Assembly: GCA_965662235.1 (NCBI GenBank)
Contig: CBFIGY010000003.1
Location: 64,001 to 128,000 of the forward strand
Reading direction: 5' to 3'
DNA length: 64,000 nt
DNA from: an uncultured bacterium
GTDB lineage: Bacteria; SAR324; NAC60-12
Shown here in pieces: positions 9,823-19,202 of the stretch. A program made the translations under genes and the position numbers. The notes under the pieces are model-generated. The model had not been told where the DNA came from, did no database searches, and was given only the letters and a program-made list of their open reading frames with translations. Every line of letters begins with the position of its first letter. The stretch's first letter is position 1.

Positions 9823-10545
9823 TCAGTTTTTCTTGCCGAGGTACGCTTCCTGGACCTTTTCAGAGGCCAAGAGTTCTGCAGACGTTCCGGAAAGCGCGAT
9901 CCGGCCCACGTCCAGCACGTACCCCCGGTCAGCCAGCTTGAGCGCCGCCTTGGCGTTTTGTTCCACCAGCAGCACGGTCACACCACTGTTGGCCACCGCC
10001 TTGATCTGCTTGAAGATGGCTTTGACGAGGATGGGGGCAATGCCCAGTGACGGCTCATCCAGAAGCAGCATCTCCGGACGGCTCATCAGTGAACGTCCAA
10101 TGGCCAGCATCTGCTGCTCTCCTCCGGAAAGGGTGCCTGCCAGCTGCTTGCGCCGTTCCTGCAGGCGGGGAAAGAGTTCATAGACCCAGTGCAGCACCGA
10201 GCGGTCCACCTGCTTTTGTGAGAAGGCGCCCAGCAGCAGGTTTTCCTCAACCGTCAGCACACCAAACACCCGACGTCCCTCCGGAGAGTGACTGATGCCC
10301 AGCTTCACAATCCGGTGGGCGGGCACCTGCGTCAGCTCCTGTCCCTTGAAGGTAATGGAGCCACTTTTGGCCCGGAGCAGGTGGCTGATGGTCCGCATGG
10401 TCGTCGTCTTGCCAGCGCCGTTTGCTCCCAAGATCGTCACAATCTCTCCCTTGCGGACCTCCAGCGAGATTCCCTTGATGGCGGCAATGGCCCCGTAGGA
10501 AACCTCTAGGTCCTTGATCCGAAACAACACGTCTGCGTCACTCAT
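9823..10545 (-). CDS. livF: Liv-type ABC transporter ATPase (LivF-like)
   Basis: GANGAGKTT, PEGRRVF, LSGGEQQML, LDEPSLG, VEQN; ATG at 10545. Confidence 0.93.
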   Translation of the reverse strand: MSDADVLFRIKDLEVSYGAIAAIKGISLEVRKGEIVTILGANGAGKTTTMRTISHLLRAKSGSITFKGQELTQVPAHRIVKLGISHSPEGRRVFGVLTVEENLLLGAFSQKQVDRSVLHWVYELFPRLQERRKQLAGTLSGGEQQMLAIGRSLMSRPEMLLLDEPSLGIAPILVKAIFKQIKAVANSGVTVLLVEQNAKAALKLADRGYVLDVGRIALSGTSAELLASEKVQEAYLGKKN

Positions 10546-11314
10546 CGTCCTCCTCACTGCCCAGGTAGGCTTCAATCACTGCGGGGTTCTTCTGAATCTC
10601 GGCAGGCACCCCCTCTGCGATCGGTTTACCAAAGTTGATCACCGTGAGGTAGTCCGTCATCTCCATGACCATGTCCATGTCGTGCTCAATCAGCAGCACT
10701 GTCACTCCCTGGTCCCGGATCTTGAAGATCGTCTGTAGCAGCTCTAGGGTTTCCTTGTCATTGAGTCCGGCAGCAGGCTCATCAAGAATCAGCAACGTCG
10801 GATCCACTGCCATTGCCCGGGCCATTTCCACACGCCGCTGGAGGCCATAGGGAAGGCTGCCCGTAGGAGTTGCGGCCACTTCCCCGAGGTTGAAGAAGTC
10901 GAGCTGCGCCTCCACCTTCTTCCAGTTGTCCCGTTCATCACGTCGGGACCCGGGTGTGTGCACCAAACCATGCCAGAGCTTCTGCCGACTCTTAATGTGC
11001 CGTCCGCTCATGACATTCTCTGCAACCGACATCTGGCTGAAGAGGCGGATGGTCTGAAAGGTCCGCACAATGCCTCGGTCCACAATCTGGTAAGGCGTCA
11101 GCCCCCGGATCTCCTCTCCACGCCAGCGGATGGACCCGACCTCTGGCCGGTAGATTCCGGTGATGCAGTTGAAAACCGTGGTCTTGCCGGCTCCGTTGGG
11201 ACCGATGATGCCATAGATCTGTCCGGGTTTGACGTGCAGGCTGAGCGCATCAACTGCGGTCAGACCCCCGAAGCGCTTGGTCACATCCGTCAGGATCAGT
11301 TCATTGTCCGCCAT
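10538..11314 (-). CDS. livG: Liv-type ABC transporter ATPase (LivG-like)
   Basis: FGGLTAV, GPNGAGKTT, RTFQ, LPYG, LDEPAAG, IEHDM. Confidence 0.93.
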   Translation of the reverse strand: MADNELILTDVTKRFGGLTAVDALSLHVKPGQIYGIIGPNGAGKTTVFNCITGIYRPEVGSIRWRGEEIRGLTPYQIVDRGIVRTFQTIRLFSQMSVAENVMSGRHIKSRQKLWHGLVHTPGSRRDERDNWKKVEAQLDFFNLGEVAATPTGSLPYGLQRRVEMARAMAVDPTLLILDEPAAGLNDKETLELLQTIFKIRDQGVTVLLIEHDMDMVMEMTDYLTVINFGKPIAEGVPAEIQKNPAVIEAYLGSEEDDE

Positions 11315-12260
11315 GGGGCTCCCCCTTGATCAGAAACGCCGGAATCTTGCCGAAGGTCGCGGGCACAATCCCCCGAGGACGGAGGATCATGGCGGCCATC
11401 ATGGCAAACCCGAAGATGAAGTAACGCCAGGTGGCAAACTCCCGGAAGATCTCTGGCACCACAAACATCACAAATACCCCCAGCATCACGCCTGGGACCG
11501 ATGAACCGCCGACCAGCACAATGCTGAAGAAGAGCACCGACTGAATGAAGTCAAAGGCTTCCGGACTGACAGCCGAGTACTGGGTCGCATAGACGGTTCC
11601 CGCCAGCCCCGCAATGCCGGCCCCTAGGCTAAAGGCAAAGACCTTGTACACCCGGGTGTTGATGCCGATGCTCTCTGCAGCCAACGGATCCTCACGCAGG
11701 TAGTGCAGGGCCCGGCCGGGTTTGCTGGATTCTAGGTTCGCCATCACCCACAGCGTCAGGAGCAGCGCCGCCAGGGCAAAGTAGTACACTGCCAGCTGAC
11801 TCGTCAGCTCCACTCCCAGCACACTGAGGGAGTCGAGTCCAAAGATGCCATTTGGCCCTCCGGTCACGCCCCCCAGGTTGTTCTGCAGCACCTGCACAAA
11901 AACGATGTTGAAGCCAATTGTGGTCACCAGCAGGTAGTCCCCGCGCAGGTGCACAATGGGTCCAGCCAAGAGGGCCCCAAAGCAGGCAGGAACCAGAATC
12001 GCCAGCGGAAGCGTTGCCACAATGGGCCACCCCAGTTCATTGTTGAGAATCGCTGTCGTGTAGGCCCCCATGCCAAAGAACAGGGCTTGCCCCATGTTGA
12101 ACATCCCGCTCTTGCCCAGCACAATGTCCTGCGAGAGCGCCACCACAGCAAAGATCAGGAAGGTGATGGCCACCGCCTGCCACCGGTCATTGAGGAAGTA
12201 GGGCAGGATGGCCATCACTCCCAGAAAGGCGGGCTCCCCCCATTTGCTCAGCTCGTTCAT
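11301..12260 (-). CDS. livM: Liv-type ABC permease (LivM-like)
   Basis: G.FNMGQA.FFG.GAY, LRGDYL...T.GF, TGGPNG, GRAL..LRED; ATG at 12260. Confidence 0.92.
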   Translation of the reverse strand: MNELSKWGEPAFLGVMAILPYFLNDRWQAVAITFLIFAVVALSQDIVLGKSGMFNMGQALFFGMGAYTTAILNNELGWPIVATLPLAILVPACFGALLAGPIVHLRGDYLLVTTIGFNIVFVQVLQNNLGGVTGGPNGIFGLDSLSVLGVELTSQLAVYYFALAALLLTLWVMANLESSKPGRALHYLREDPLAAESIGINTRVYKVFAFSLGAGIAGLAGTVYATQYSAVSPEAFDFIQSVLFFSIVLVGGSSVPGVMLGVFVMFVVPEIFREFATWRYFIFGFAMMAAMILRPRGIVPATFGKIPAFLIKGEPHGGQ

Positions 12261-12261
12261 A

Positions 12262-13158
12262 TCAGACTTTCTCCGCCACCCGCTCCCCGAGGATGCCCGT
12301 CGGCCGGACAATCAGGATGACGATCAGCAGGATGAAGGTGAAGGCGTCTGCCCAGGTGCTGGACACGTAGCCTGCGATGAAGGCGTTGAAGAGTCCCAGC
12401 AGCATGCCTCCCAGCATGGCGCCCGGGATGTTGCCGATGCCTCCCAAAATGGCGGCAATGAAGGCATAAAGCCCGTACTGCCAGCCCATGTTGAAGGTGA
12501 TGCCCCGGTAGTAGAGCCCAATGAACAGTCCCCCCACGGCCCCCAGGGAGGAGCCGATGACAAAGATGAGGGCAATGACACTGTTGACATTGATCCCCAT
12601 CAGCCGGGCCGCATCTTGGTCAATGGAGCTTGCCCGGATGGCAGCGCCCATGCGGGTCTTCTCCACAAACAGGTACAGTCCCACCATCAGCACCAGGGAT
12701 AGGACCAAGATCAGCACCTGAATCAGACTGATCACCACGCCGCCCCAGTCCCAGTAGACCTGAGGAACCAGCTCCGGGAAGATGCGCATGCGTGGTCCCC
12801 AGATGAGCATGATGCCGTTTTGAATGACCAGAGACGCCCCCAATGCAGACACCACGGCAGAGAGTCGGGGCGCTGTCCGGAGTGGCCGGTAGGCGACTCG
12901 CTCCAGAACAACGCCCACCCCTGCCATGATCAAGGCCGCCAGGAAGAAGATGGCAATCACCGCGACTGCTGACGTCGACTCGCCCAGCACCTCCGTGTAG
13001 AGCGTCAGGCCAACAAAAGCAGACGCAGCCACCATGTCGCCGTGGGCGAAGTTGATCAGCTTCATCACGCCGTAAACCATGGTGTAGCCCAACGCCACCA
13101 GGGCAAACATGCTGCCGATGGTCAGGCCATTTGCCAGCTGCTGTAGAAAGATTTCCAT
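12262..13158 (-). CDS. livH: Liv-type ABC permease (LivH-like)
   Basis: QQLANGL..GS.FALVALGYTMVYG...INFAHG, AAILGGIG, RPTGILG. Confidence 0.94.
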   Translation of the reverse strand: MEIFLQQLANGLTIGSMFALVALGYTMVYGVMKLINFAHGDMVAASAFVGLTLYTEVLGESTSAVAVIAIFFLAALIMAGVGVVLERVAYRPLRTAPRLSAVVSALGASLVIQNGIMLIWGPRMRIFPELVPQVYWDWGGVVISLIQVLILVLSLVLMVGLYLFVEKTRMGAAIRASSIDQDAARLMGINVNSVIALIFVIGSSLGAVGGLFIGLYYRGITFNMGWQYGLYAFIAAILGGIGNIPGAMLGGMLLGLFNAFIAGYVSSTWADAFTFILLIVILIVRPTGILGERVAEKV

Positions 13159-13257
13159 GGGTGCCCCTCCTGCCAGGCGATTCGGACCAATCCGTCAGCG
13201 CCGCTGCTCAGCGGCCAGCTGCAACGGGAGCCCCGGCCCCCGCTGAAGCAACGGATG

Positions 13258-14388
13258 TTACTGCACGTACTCGTTGGCGTAGCTGCCGTCCGCCTGAACA
13301 CGCTTCACCACATACGCACCCCCCTTGCGGTTGCCGTCGTTGGCAAAAGCAATCGGTCCGGTGATTCCCGGAAGCGGCTCCTTGAGGTTGTGCAGGTAGT
13401 CTGCAGCCTGCTTGGTATCAAAGCTCTGGTTGGCTTCCATGGCGTGCAGAATGGCCCGCATGCCGTCAATGTTCATCAGGCCCCAGATGGACGGTGGCAT
13501 TTCGCCATACTTCTTCTGGTAGTCGGCAATGAAGCTCTTTGCCACTTCATAGGGAAGGACATCCGGAGAGGGAACATTGATGATGTAGGCGCCCGTTGCT
13601 GCCGAACCGGCCAGCTTGACGAAGTCCGGGTTGTCGTTGGCATCTCCGCCGTAGAAGTCCGCCTTGATGCCCAACGCCACCTGCTGAGCCCGCAGCTGTC
13701 CGCCATCCGAGTAGTACCCGGCAAAGAAGATCGCATCCGGATTCTTGGACTTGATGTTCGTCAGCACCGGGGTGAAGTTCTGGGAATCGGCCTTGATCTT
13801 GTCCCGGGAGACAACGTTGCCCCCCAGTTTCCGGATGGCCGCCTCAGTCGCATTTGCGAGTCCGTCGGCATAGGTTGAGAAGTCCGAGAGGACGACGATG
13901 CGCTTGTACTTCTTGACCTGGACCAGGTAGTTGGCCGCAAACTCGGCTTCAGCACTGTTGGGGAAGGAGTTCCGCAAAAAGGTCCAGTAGCCGTTTTCCG
14001 TGAGGCTGTCCGCAGTACCGTCTGAGGTCTGCAGGACTCCCGCCTTGTAATAGGTCTTCTGGGCGGCTTCGGCACACGTGGAGGTGTAGGAGCCGATGAC
14101 CATGGAGACGCCTTTGTTGACCAGGTCCTTGGCACAAATGGCTGCCGCCATCGCCGTGCCCTGGTCGTCACAGACCACGACCTCCAGAGACCGTCCCATC
14201 ACGCCGCCTTTGGCGTTGATCTGTTCAGCCAGCAGGCGAACCCCATTCTCAATGCCTTGCCCTTCATTGGCATAGCTGCCGGTAATGGGCGCCTGCACCC
14301 CAACCTTGAGGGTGTCAGCAGCCTGAGCCGGCAGGGTCAGTGCGGCCAAGGCCGAGGCCGCTAGAAGCATTCGGAAGCGTTTTTTCAT
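13258..14388 (-). CDS. livK: Liv-type periplasmic substrate-binding protein
   Basis: Signal peptide from ATG at 14388; APITG.YA.EG, INAKGG..GR, GITGPIAF...GNR. Confidence 0.9.
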   Translation of the reverse strand: MKKRFRMLLAASALAALTLPAQAADTLKVGVQAPITGSYANEGQGIENGVRLLAEQINAKGGVMGRSLEVVVCDDQGTAMAAAICAKDLVNKGVSMVIGSYTSTCAEAAQKTYYKAGVLQTSDGTADSLTENGYWTFLRNSFPNSAEAEFAANYLVQVKKYKRIVVLSDFSTYADGLANATEAAIRKLGGNVVSRDKIKADSQNFTPVLTNIKSKNPDAIFFAGYYSDGGQLRAQQVALGIKADFYGGDANDNPDFVKLAGSAATGAYIINVPSPDVLPYEVAKSFIADYQKKYGEMPPSIWGLMNIDGMRAILHAMEANQSFDTKQAADYLHNLKEPLPGITGPIAFANDGNRKGGAYVVKRVQADGSYANEYVQ

Positions 14389-14502
14389 GTGTGATCCTTG
14401 GTTGAGGTGATGACAAACAGGGTTGGGCGGGAAGCCTGACGTGCAGGAGGGCCGCAAGCGGTCCACCAGCGTGTGTTCCAATCGGAGCCCACCCGGCAGG
14501 AC

Positions 14503-15411
14503 TCAAAAGCGTCGCATGCCGAGAAACTGACGCAGCGCATGCCGCGCAATGGTTGGGTTCTCCTGAAGCCGTCGACGGGAGTACGGCATCCACGAGATCC
14601 CGAAGGGCACATAGACCCTGAGACGATGCCCAGCTTCCACGAGGATCTGACGTAGCTCCTCATCGACGCCGAGGAGCATCTGAAATTCGTAATCGTCCCG
14701 TCCCAGCTGGTACCGTTCGATGAGCTGCAGGGCCTCAAAGACCAGTTTTTCATCATGCGTTGCAATGCCAACGTAGGCCTGGTGCCGGAACATTCGGTCC
14801 AGAGACTCGGTGAAGCTGCGGTTGATGGTCGCCGGATCCTTCCAGGCAACCGCACGGGACTCATTGTAAATCCCCTTGCACAGCCGGAAGTTCATTGGCG
14901 CCTCCCGGAGGGACTCAATGTCTGCAGCCGTCCGGCGCAGGTAGGCCTGAAGCACCACCCCCACGTGTCCGGGGAACTCCTCCCGGAGTTGCCGGTACAG
15001 CTGGAGCGTGGCATCAGTGCAGGCCACGTCCTCCATGTCGATGCGCACAAAGGTTCCAAGCTCCGCCGCACGCGCAACAATCTCCCGAACATTGGCTGTC
15101 GCAAAGGCCTCATCCAGCAACAGCCCCATCTGCGTGGGCTTGAGCGACAGGTTGGCCTCCAACCCTTCTCGGTGCAGAGCCGACAGAATTTCCAGGCACT
15201 GCTCCTTGAAGTAGGTCGCCTCTTCCCGGGTCTGAATGAACTCCCCTAGGATGTCGAGGGTCACCAGCATCTTCTGCTCATTGAGCTCACGAGCCACCTG
15301 CAGGGCCTCGGTGAGCGTCTCTCCGGCGATGTACCCTCGGGCAAAAAAATGCACCAAGGGTCCCGGGATGTGCATGATCGTTTTCGCGACCAGCCAATTG
15401 AAGAAAGACAT
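14503..15411 (-). CDS. putB: Monofunctional proline dehydrogenase
   Basis: YIAGET, DILGE, SLKPTQMGL, RIDMED, LQAYLRR, RLCKGIY, ATHD, EFQMLLG, YVPFG..W.PY.RRRL.ENP. Confidence 0.93.
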   Translation of the reverse strand: MSFFNWLVAKTIMHIPGPLVHFFARGYIAGETLTEALQVARELNEQKMLVTLDILGEFIQTREEATYFKEQCLEILSALHREGLEANLSLKPTQMGLLLDEAFATANVREIVARAAELGTFVRIDMEDVACTDATLQLYRQLREEFPGHVGVVLQAYLRRTAADIESLREAPMNFRLCKGIYNESRAVAWKDPATINRSFTESLDRMFRHQAYVGIATHDEKLVFEALQLIERYQLGRDDYEFQMLLGVDEELRQILVEAGHRLRVYVPFGISWMPYSRRRLQENPTIARHALRQFLGMRRF

Positions 15412-15620
15412 ATTTTTTAATTTCGCTTAAAAGTCCCTGATCAAGGGTAAAGACAATGAATCAAATTTAAATATTTTTTTGACAGTTTTTTCAGGTTCCG
15501 GTCACTACAGACCTTCAGGCTTTACGGAACATCCCGTCAACTTCGCTCAGGGAACGCTGCCGTGTCCCGCCTGCGACCTGAAGTCAGCCGATCTTGAAAC
15601 AAGGCCGAAGGGGGCGGTGC

Positions 15621-17270
15621 TTAGAGCGAATCCGGTTCCATGAAGGGGTACCCGAAGTGTTCCGGCGCATCAAATGTTTCCTTGATCGACCGAGGCGAAA
15701 CCCAACGCAGCAGGTTGCTGCGAGCGCCGGCCTTGTCGTTGGTTCCTGACGCTCGGGCGCCACCGAAGGGTTGCTGTCCCACAATGGACCCGGTGGGCTT
15801 ATCGTTGATGTAGAAGTTGCCGGCGGCGTTCTCCAGCTTCGTCAGAGCCAGGCTGACGGCAATCCGGTCCTGCGCAAAAATGGCACCGGTCAGGGCATAG
15901 GGCGAAGTCTGGTCACAGAGGTCCAGCGTCTCCTCATACGCCTCATCCGGATAGACGTAGATCGTGATCACCGGACCGAAGATTTCTTCCTCCAGTGTCC
16001 GGAAGTGAGGGTTATCGGTGAGGATCACGGTGGGTTCAATGAAGTAGCCCACCGAGTCGTCGCAGCCTCCGCCAATGATGATCTCTGCATCCGGAGCCTC
16101 CTTGGCCCCGTCTAGGTATCCTTTGATCTTATCAAACGCCCGCTGGTCGATGACGGCGTTGCAGAAGTTCCCCAAATCCGTCGGTGCGCCCATCCGGATC
16201 TGGCGAATGTCCTGTTCCAGATCCGCCCGAAGGTCAGGCCAGAGCGACTCCGGAATGTAGGCTCGTGAAGCTGCCGAACACTTCTGTCCCTGATACTCGA
16301 AGGCTCCCCGCACAATTGCCGTCGCCAGTTTCCGTCGGTCCGCCGAAGGGTGTGCCACAATGAAGTCCTTGCCCCCCGTTTCTCCGACAATGCGCGGATA
16401 CGATTTGTAGTTCGCAATGTTTGCCCCAATGGTCTTCCACATGCCCTGAAAGACGCCCGTGGATCCGGTGAAGTGCACGCCGCCGAGGTCCCGGTGCGGC
16501 AGACAGAGGTCTCCCACCAGCGGCCCCAGGGCCGGAATGAAGTTGATGACTCCGGCCGGCAGTCCCGCTTCCTCAAGGATTTGCATGAAGAGGTAAGGCG
16601 TGTAGACGCAGTTCAGGGCCGGTTTGAACAGAACCGTGTTCCCCATGATCGCCGGAGCCGTCGGTAGATTGCCGGCAATGGCGGTAAAGTTGAAGGGAGT
16701 GATGGCCAGGACAAAGCCTTCCAGCGGACGCTGCTGCAGGGTGTTCCAGACGCCTTTGGGTGAAATCGGAGGCTGCTCCGTGTAGATCTGCTGCGCGTAC
16801 CAGACGTTGAAGCGGAGGAAGTCGATTAGCTCACAGGCCGCATCAATCTCAGCCTGAAAGGCGTTTTTGCTGGTCGCCAGCATACTGGCGGCATTCATGT
16901 GGTAGCGGTACTTTGTGGCCAGCAATTCCGCTGCTTTGAGGAAGATGGCGGCTCGCTCCTCCCAACGGAGGGCCCCCCAGACCGATTTGGCCTCCAGAGC
17001 CGCCTCAATTGCTTGCTGAACCTCCGCCTCCCCTGCAAGGTGGTACTCTCCCAGCACGTGCTGGTGGTCATGAGGCATCACCACCTGCTCACGATTCTCG
17101 GTCCGGACCTCCTTCCCGCCAATGATGAGCGGAATCTCTACCTGCCGTGTGGAGAGCTCCTGCAGCGCCTCCTGCAACCGAGCCCGATCCGGACTCCCTG
17201 GCGCAAAGGTCAGATTGGGCTCATTGACCGGAGTCGGTACTTGAAAGACCGCGTTGTTCAAGAGGTTCAT
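15621..17270 (-). CDS. pruA: L-glutamate gamma-semialdehyde (P5C) dehydrogenase
   Basis: QAEIDAACELIDF, PFNFTAI, FTGST, ETGGKDF, FEYQGQKCSA, EEIFGP, GQQPFGGARASGTNDKAG. Confidence 0.95.
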   Translation of the reverse strand: MNLLNNAVFQVPTPVNEPNLTFAPGSPDRARLQEALQELSTRQVEIPLIIGGKEVRTENREQVVMPHDHQHVLGEYHLAGEAEVQQAIEAALEAKSVWGALRWEERAAIFLKAAELLATKYRYHMNAASMLATSKNAFQAEIDAACELIDFLRFNVWYAQQIYTEQPPISPKGVWNTLQQRPLEGFVLAITPFNFTAIAGNLPTAPAIMGNTVLFKPALNCVYTPYLFMQILEEAGLPAGVINFIPALGPLVGDLCLPHRDLGGVHFTGSTGVFQGMWKTIGANIANYKSYPRIVGETGGKDFIVAHPSADRRKLATAIVRGAFEYQGQKCSAASRAYIPESLWPDLRADLEQDIRQIRMGAPTDLGNFCNAVIDQRAFDKIKGYLDGAKEAPDAEIIIGGGCDDSVGYFIEPTVILTDNPHFRTLEEEIFGPVITIYVYPDEAYEETLDLCDQTSPYALTGAIFAQDRIAVSLALTKLENAAGNFYINDKPTGSIVGQQPFGGARASGTNDKAGARSNLLRWVSPRSIKETFDAPEHFGYPFMEPDSL

Positions 17271-17380
17271 CGTGCTGCTCTTCTAGGTGGTTCACTCGGC
17301 GCGGGAATCAGTCCGGACCTTTCAGGCAGCTTCCACGGAGGGTCACTTGCCCTTGAGGCTCGGTTCAGCTCTCTGCCAGC

Positions 17381-17396
17381 AGCAAAGGGTAGGCCT
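17381..17396 (-). promoter_or_regulatory. Sigma54 -24/-12 promoter for pruA
   Basis: Minus strand AGGCCTACCCTTTGCT = GG-N10-GC with TTGCT at -12, about 110 bp upstream of pruA and next to a sigma54 activator gene. Confidence 0.7.
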
Positions 17397-17550
17397 TCCC
17401 TTCTTTAAAACGGATCCTTTCCTCGGTTATGATCCTGATAAATTTTCAAAAAATTAAATAATATTAGAATTAAATTAAATTTATTTAAAAAATTTTTAAA
17501 ACCAAAAAAACCCTGAAAAATCCTCACTAATCCCGGATTATTCCCCATTT

Positions 17551-17566
17551 TTATGCAAAATTGCAT
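17551..17566. promoter_or_regulatory. Candidate upstream activator sequence
   Basis: TTATGCAAAATTGCAT near-palindrome about 155 bp upstream of the -24 box; similar motifs at 18992-19007 and 19012-19027. Confidence 0.55.
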
Positions 17567-18981
17567 CACCCTCGTCCCCGGACCAGTCCGTGCTTCTGGA
17601 GCTTGCGTGCAACCGTCGATTGATTGACCCCCAGCATCTTGGCCATCTCGGCTTGGCTGCCCGTGCGTTCGGACGCCTCTGATAAAATCTGACGTTCCAC
17701 CTCGTCCATGGCCTCACTCAGCGATCGTCCCGGATGCCAGCACAACAGGGGTCCAGTCCGCTCATCCAGTTGCCGCCGCAACGACACCGGCAGGTCGGCT
17801 TCGCCAATGACTTCCGTCGTCGACATCACCACCAGTCGCTCACACAGGTTCATCAGCTCCCGAACGTTGCCTGGATAATCATAAGTCAGCAACGCCTCCA
17901 ACGCACGGCTTCCCAGCCGACGCGAAACCCCAAGCTGCTGTGCAAAATGCGCGACGTAGTGCCGCAGCAGAGGCAGCAAACAGTCTCGACGCTCCCGGAG
18001 GGGAGGAATGGTCAGCGGAATGACGTTGAGGCGATAGAAGAGGTCGAGCCGGAACTGCTCCTGAGCCACCATCTGCTCCAGATCCCGGTGCGTGGCAGCA
18101 AGGACTCGGACGTTGACGGCCAGGCTGGTAGTGGATCCCAAGCGACTGATGCGGCCGTCTTCGAGGAAACGCAGCAGCTTGACCTGCGACGCCGCCGGCA
18201 ATTCTGCGATCTCGTCTAGGAAAAGAGTCCCCCCGTCTGCCAGCTCAAAGTACCCAGGCTTGGCGCGCTGAGCGCCCGTAAAGGCGCCCTTTTCGTAACC
18301 AAAAAGCTCGGACTCAATCAGGGTTTCCGGAATGGCCCCACAGTTGATCCGAATCATCGGTCCCTTCGCCCGCTTCGAGTGGCTGTGGATCAGGTCCGCA
18401 ATCACGCCCTTTCCCACCCCGGACTCTCCCAGCAGCAGCACCGTTGAATCCACTCCTCCCACCCGAACCGCCTGCTGCAGCACCTGCACCATTGCAGGAC
18501 TGCGGGTCACTAGGTGACGGTTCTCAAGCTCCAGTTGCTGCATCGCCAGCATCTGTTCCCGGAACTGGCGGCTCCGGGCTTCCTCTTCCTCAAGGCTCTG
18601 CTGCAGCTGGTCCATCTCCGTCACATCCCGAACCGTCACCACCGCGAGCACCAGCTCCCCCTGGTCGTCAAACACCGGCGCCCCGGTTGAGACCAGTTTG
18701 CGGCCACGGTGGTGCTGCAGCACGCTCACTCGACGCCGATGTCGAATGGCCTCCACCGCCGCACTACGGGTCACAAAACCTTCCTCGACAAGGTCGAAGA
18801 TGCTTCGCCCCACGACCTCTTCAGCTCGGATGCCATGCAGACGCTCCGAAGCCGGATTCACACGCACCACGGTGCCATCGGCCCGGCAGACAAACAGACC
18901 GTCATCAGATGAGTTGATGATGGCGTTCAGCTCCCGGTTCAGGTCCTCCACCGTCCGTGACTCTTCTCCCTCACCCCCCAT
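17566..18981 (-). CDS. Sigma54-dependent activator (PAS + AAA+ + HTH), RocR/PrdR-like
   Basis: N-terminal PAS, GESGVGK, INCGAIPE.L.ESELFGYEKGAFTGA, LFLDEI, FR.DLFYRL, PGNVREL, C-terminal HTH; ATG at 18981 with AAGGAG RBS. Confidence 0.93.
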   Translation of the reverse strand: MGGEGEESRTVEDLNRELNAIINSSDDGLFVCRADGTVVRVNPASERLHGIRAEEVVGRSIFDLVEEGFVTRSAAVEAIRHRRRVSVLQHHRGRKLVSTGAPVFDDQGELVLAVVTVRDVTEMDQLQQSLEEEEARSRQFREQMLAMQQLELENRHLVTRSPAMVQVLQQAVRVGGVDSTVLLLGESGVGKGVIADLIHSHSKRAKGPMIRINCGAIPETLIESELFGYEKGAFTGAQRAKPGYFELADGGTLFLDEIAELPAASQVKLLRFLEDGRISRLGSTTSLAVNVRVLAATHRDLEQMVAQEQFRLDLFYRLNVIPLTIPPLRERRDCLLPLLRHYVAHFAQQLGVSRRLGSRALEALLTYDYPGNVRELMNLCERLVVMSTTEVIGEADLPVSLRRQLDERTGPLLCWHPGRSLSEAMDEVERQILSEASERTGSQAEMAKMLGVNQSTVARKLQKHGLVRGRG

Positions 18982-18991
18982 GCGCTTCTCC

Positions 18992-19027
18992 TTATGCAAA
19001 AATGAAAGATCATGCATTTTCGCATAA
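18992..19027. promoter_or_regulatory. Paired candidate activator boxes at the regulator's own start (autoregulation)
   Basis: TTATGCAAAAATGAAA (+) and TTATGCGAAAATGCAT (-) resemble the 17551 box. Confidence 0.5.
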
Positions 19028-19202
19028 TTGTAAAAACACGACCACCGCAAAGTGGGGGCATGCCGGACGTCTCTTCGACTTTGCTCGGGGGAGCGGCTTC
19101 ACTGGGAAGCCCTTCTGAGCAGAGGCGAGGGGAGCCCCGTCAAAAGGGAATCAGGCCGAAGCCCTGGGAAGGAGAGGGAGCTGCGAGGAGTGGAGGAGCG
19201 CC

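Noticed and set aside
17528..17540. Palindrome TAATCC-C-GGATTA beside the candidate activator box
   Set aside because: Single short copy; cannot be told apart from chance or a weak terminator stem.
19079..19124. Long imperfect hairpin between thyX and the sigma54 activator
   Set aside because: No RNA family motif recognised; likely a terminator or stabilising stem, too weak to call an ncRNA.
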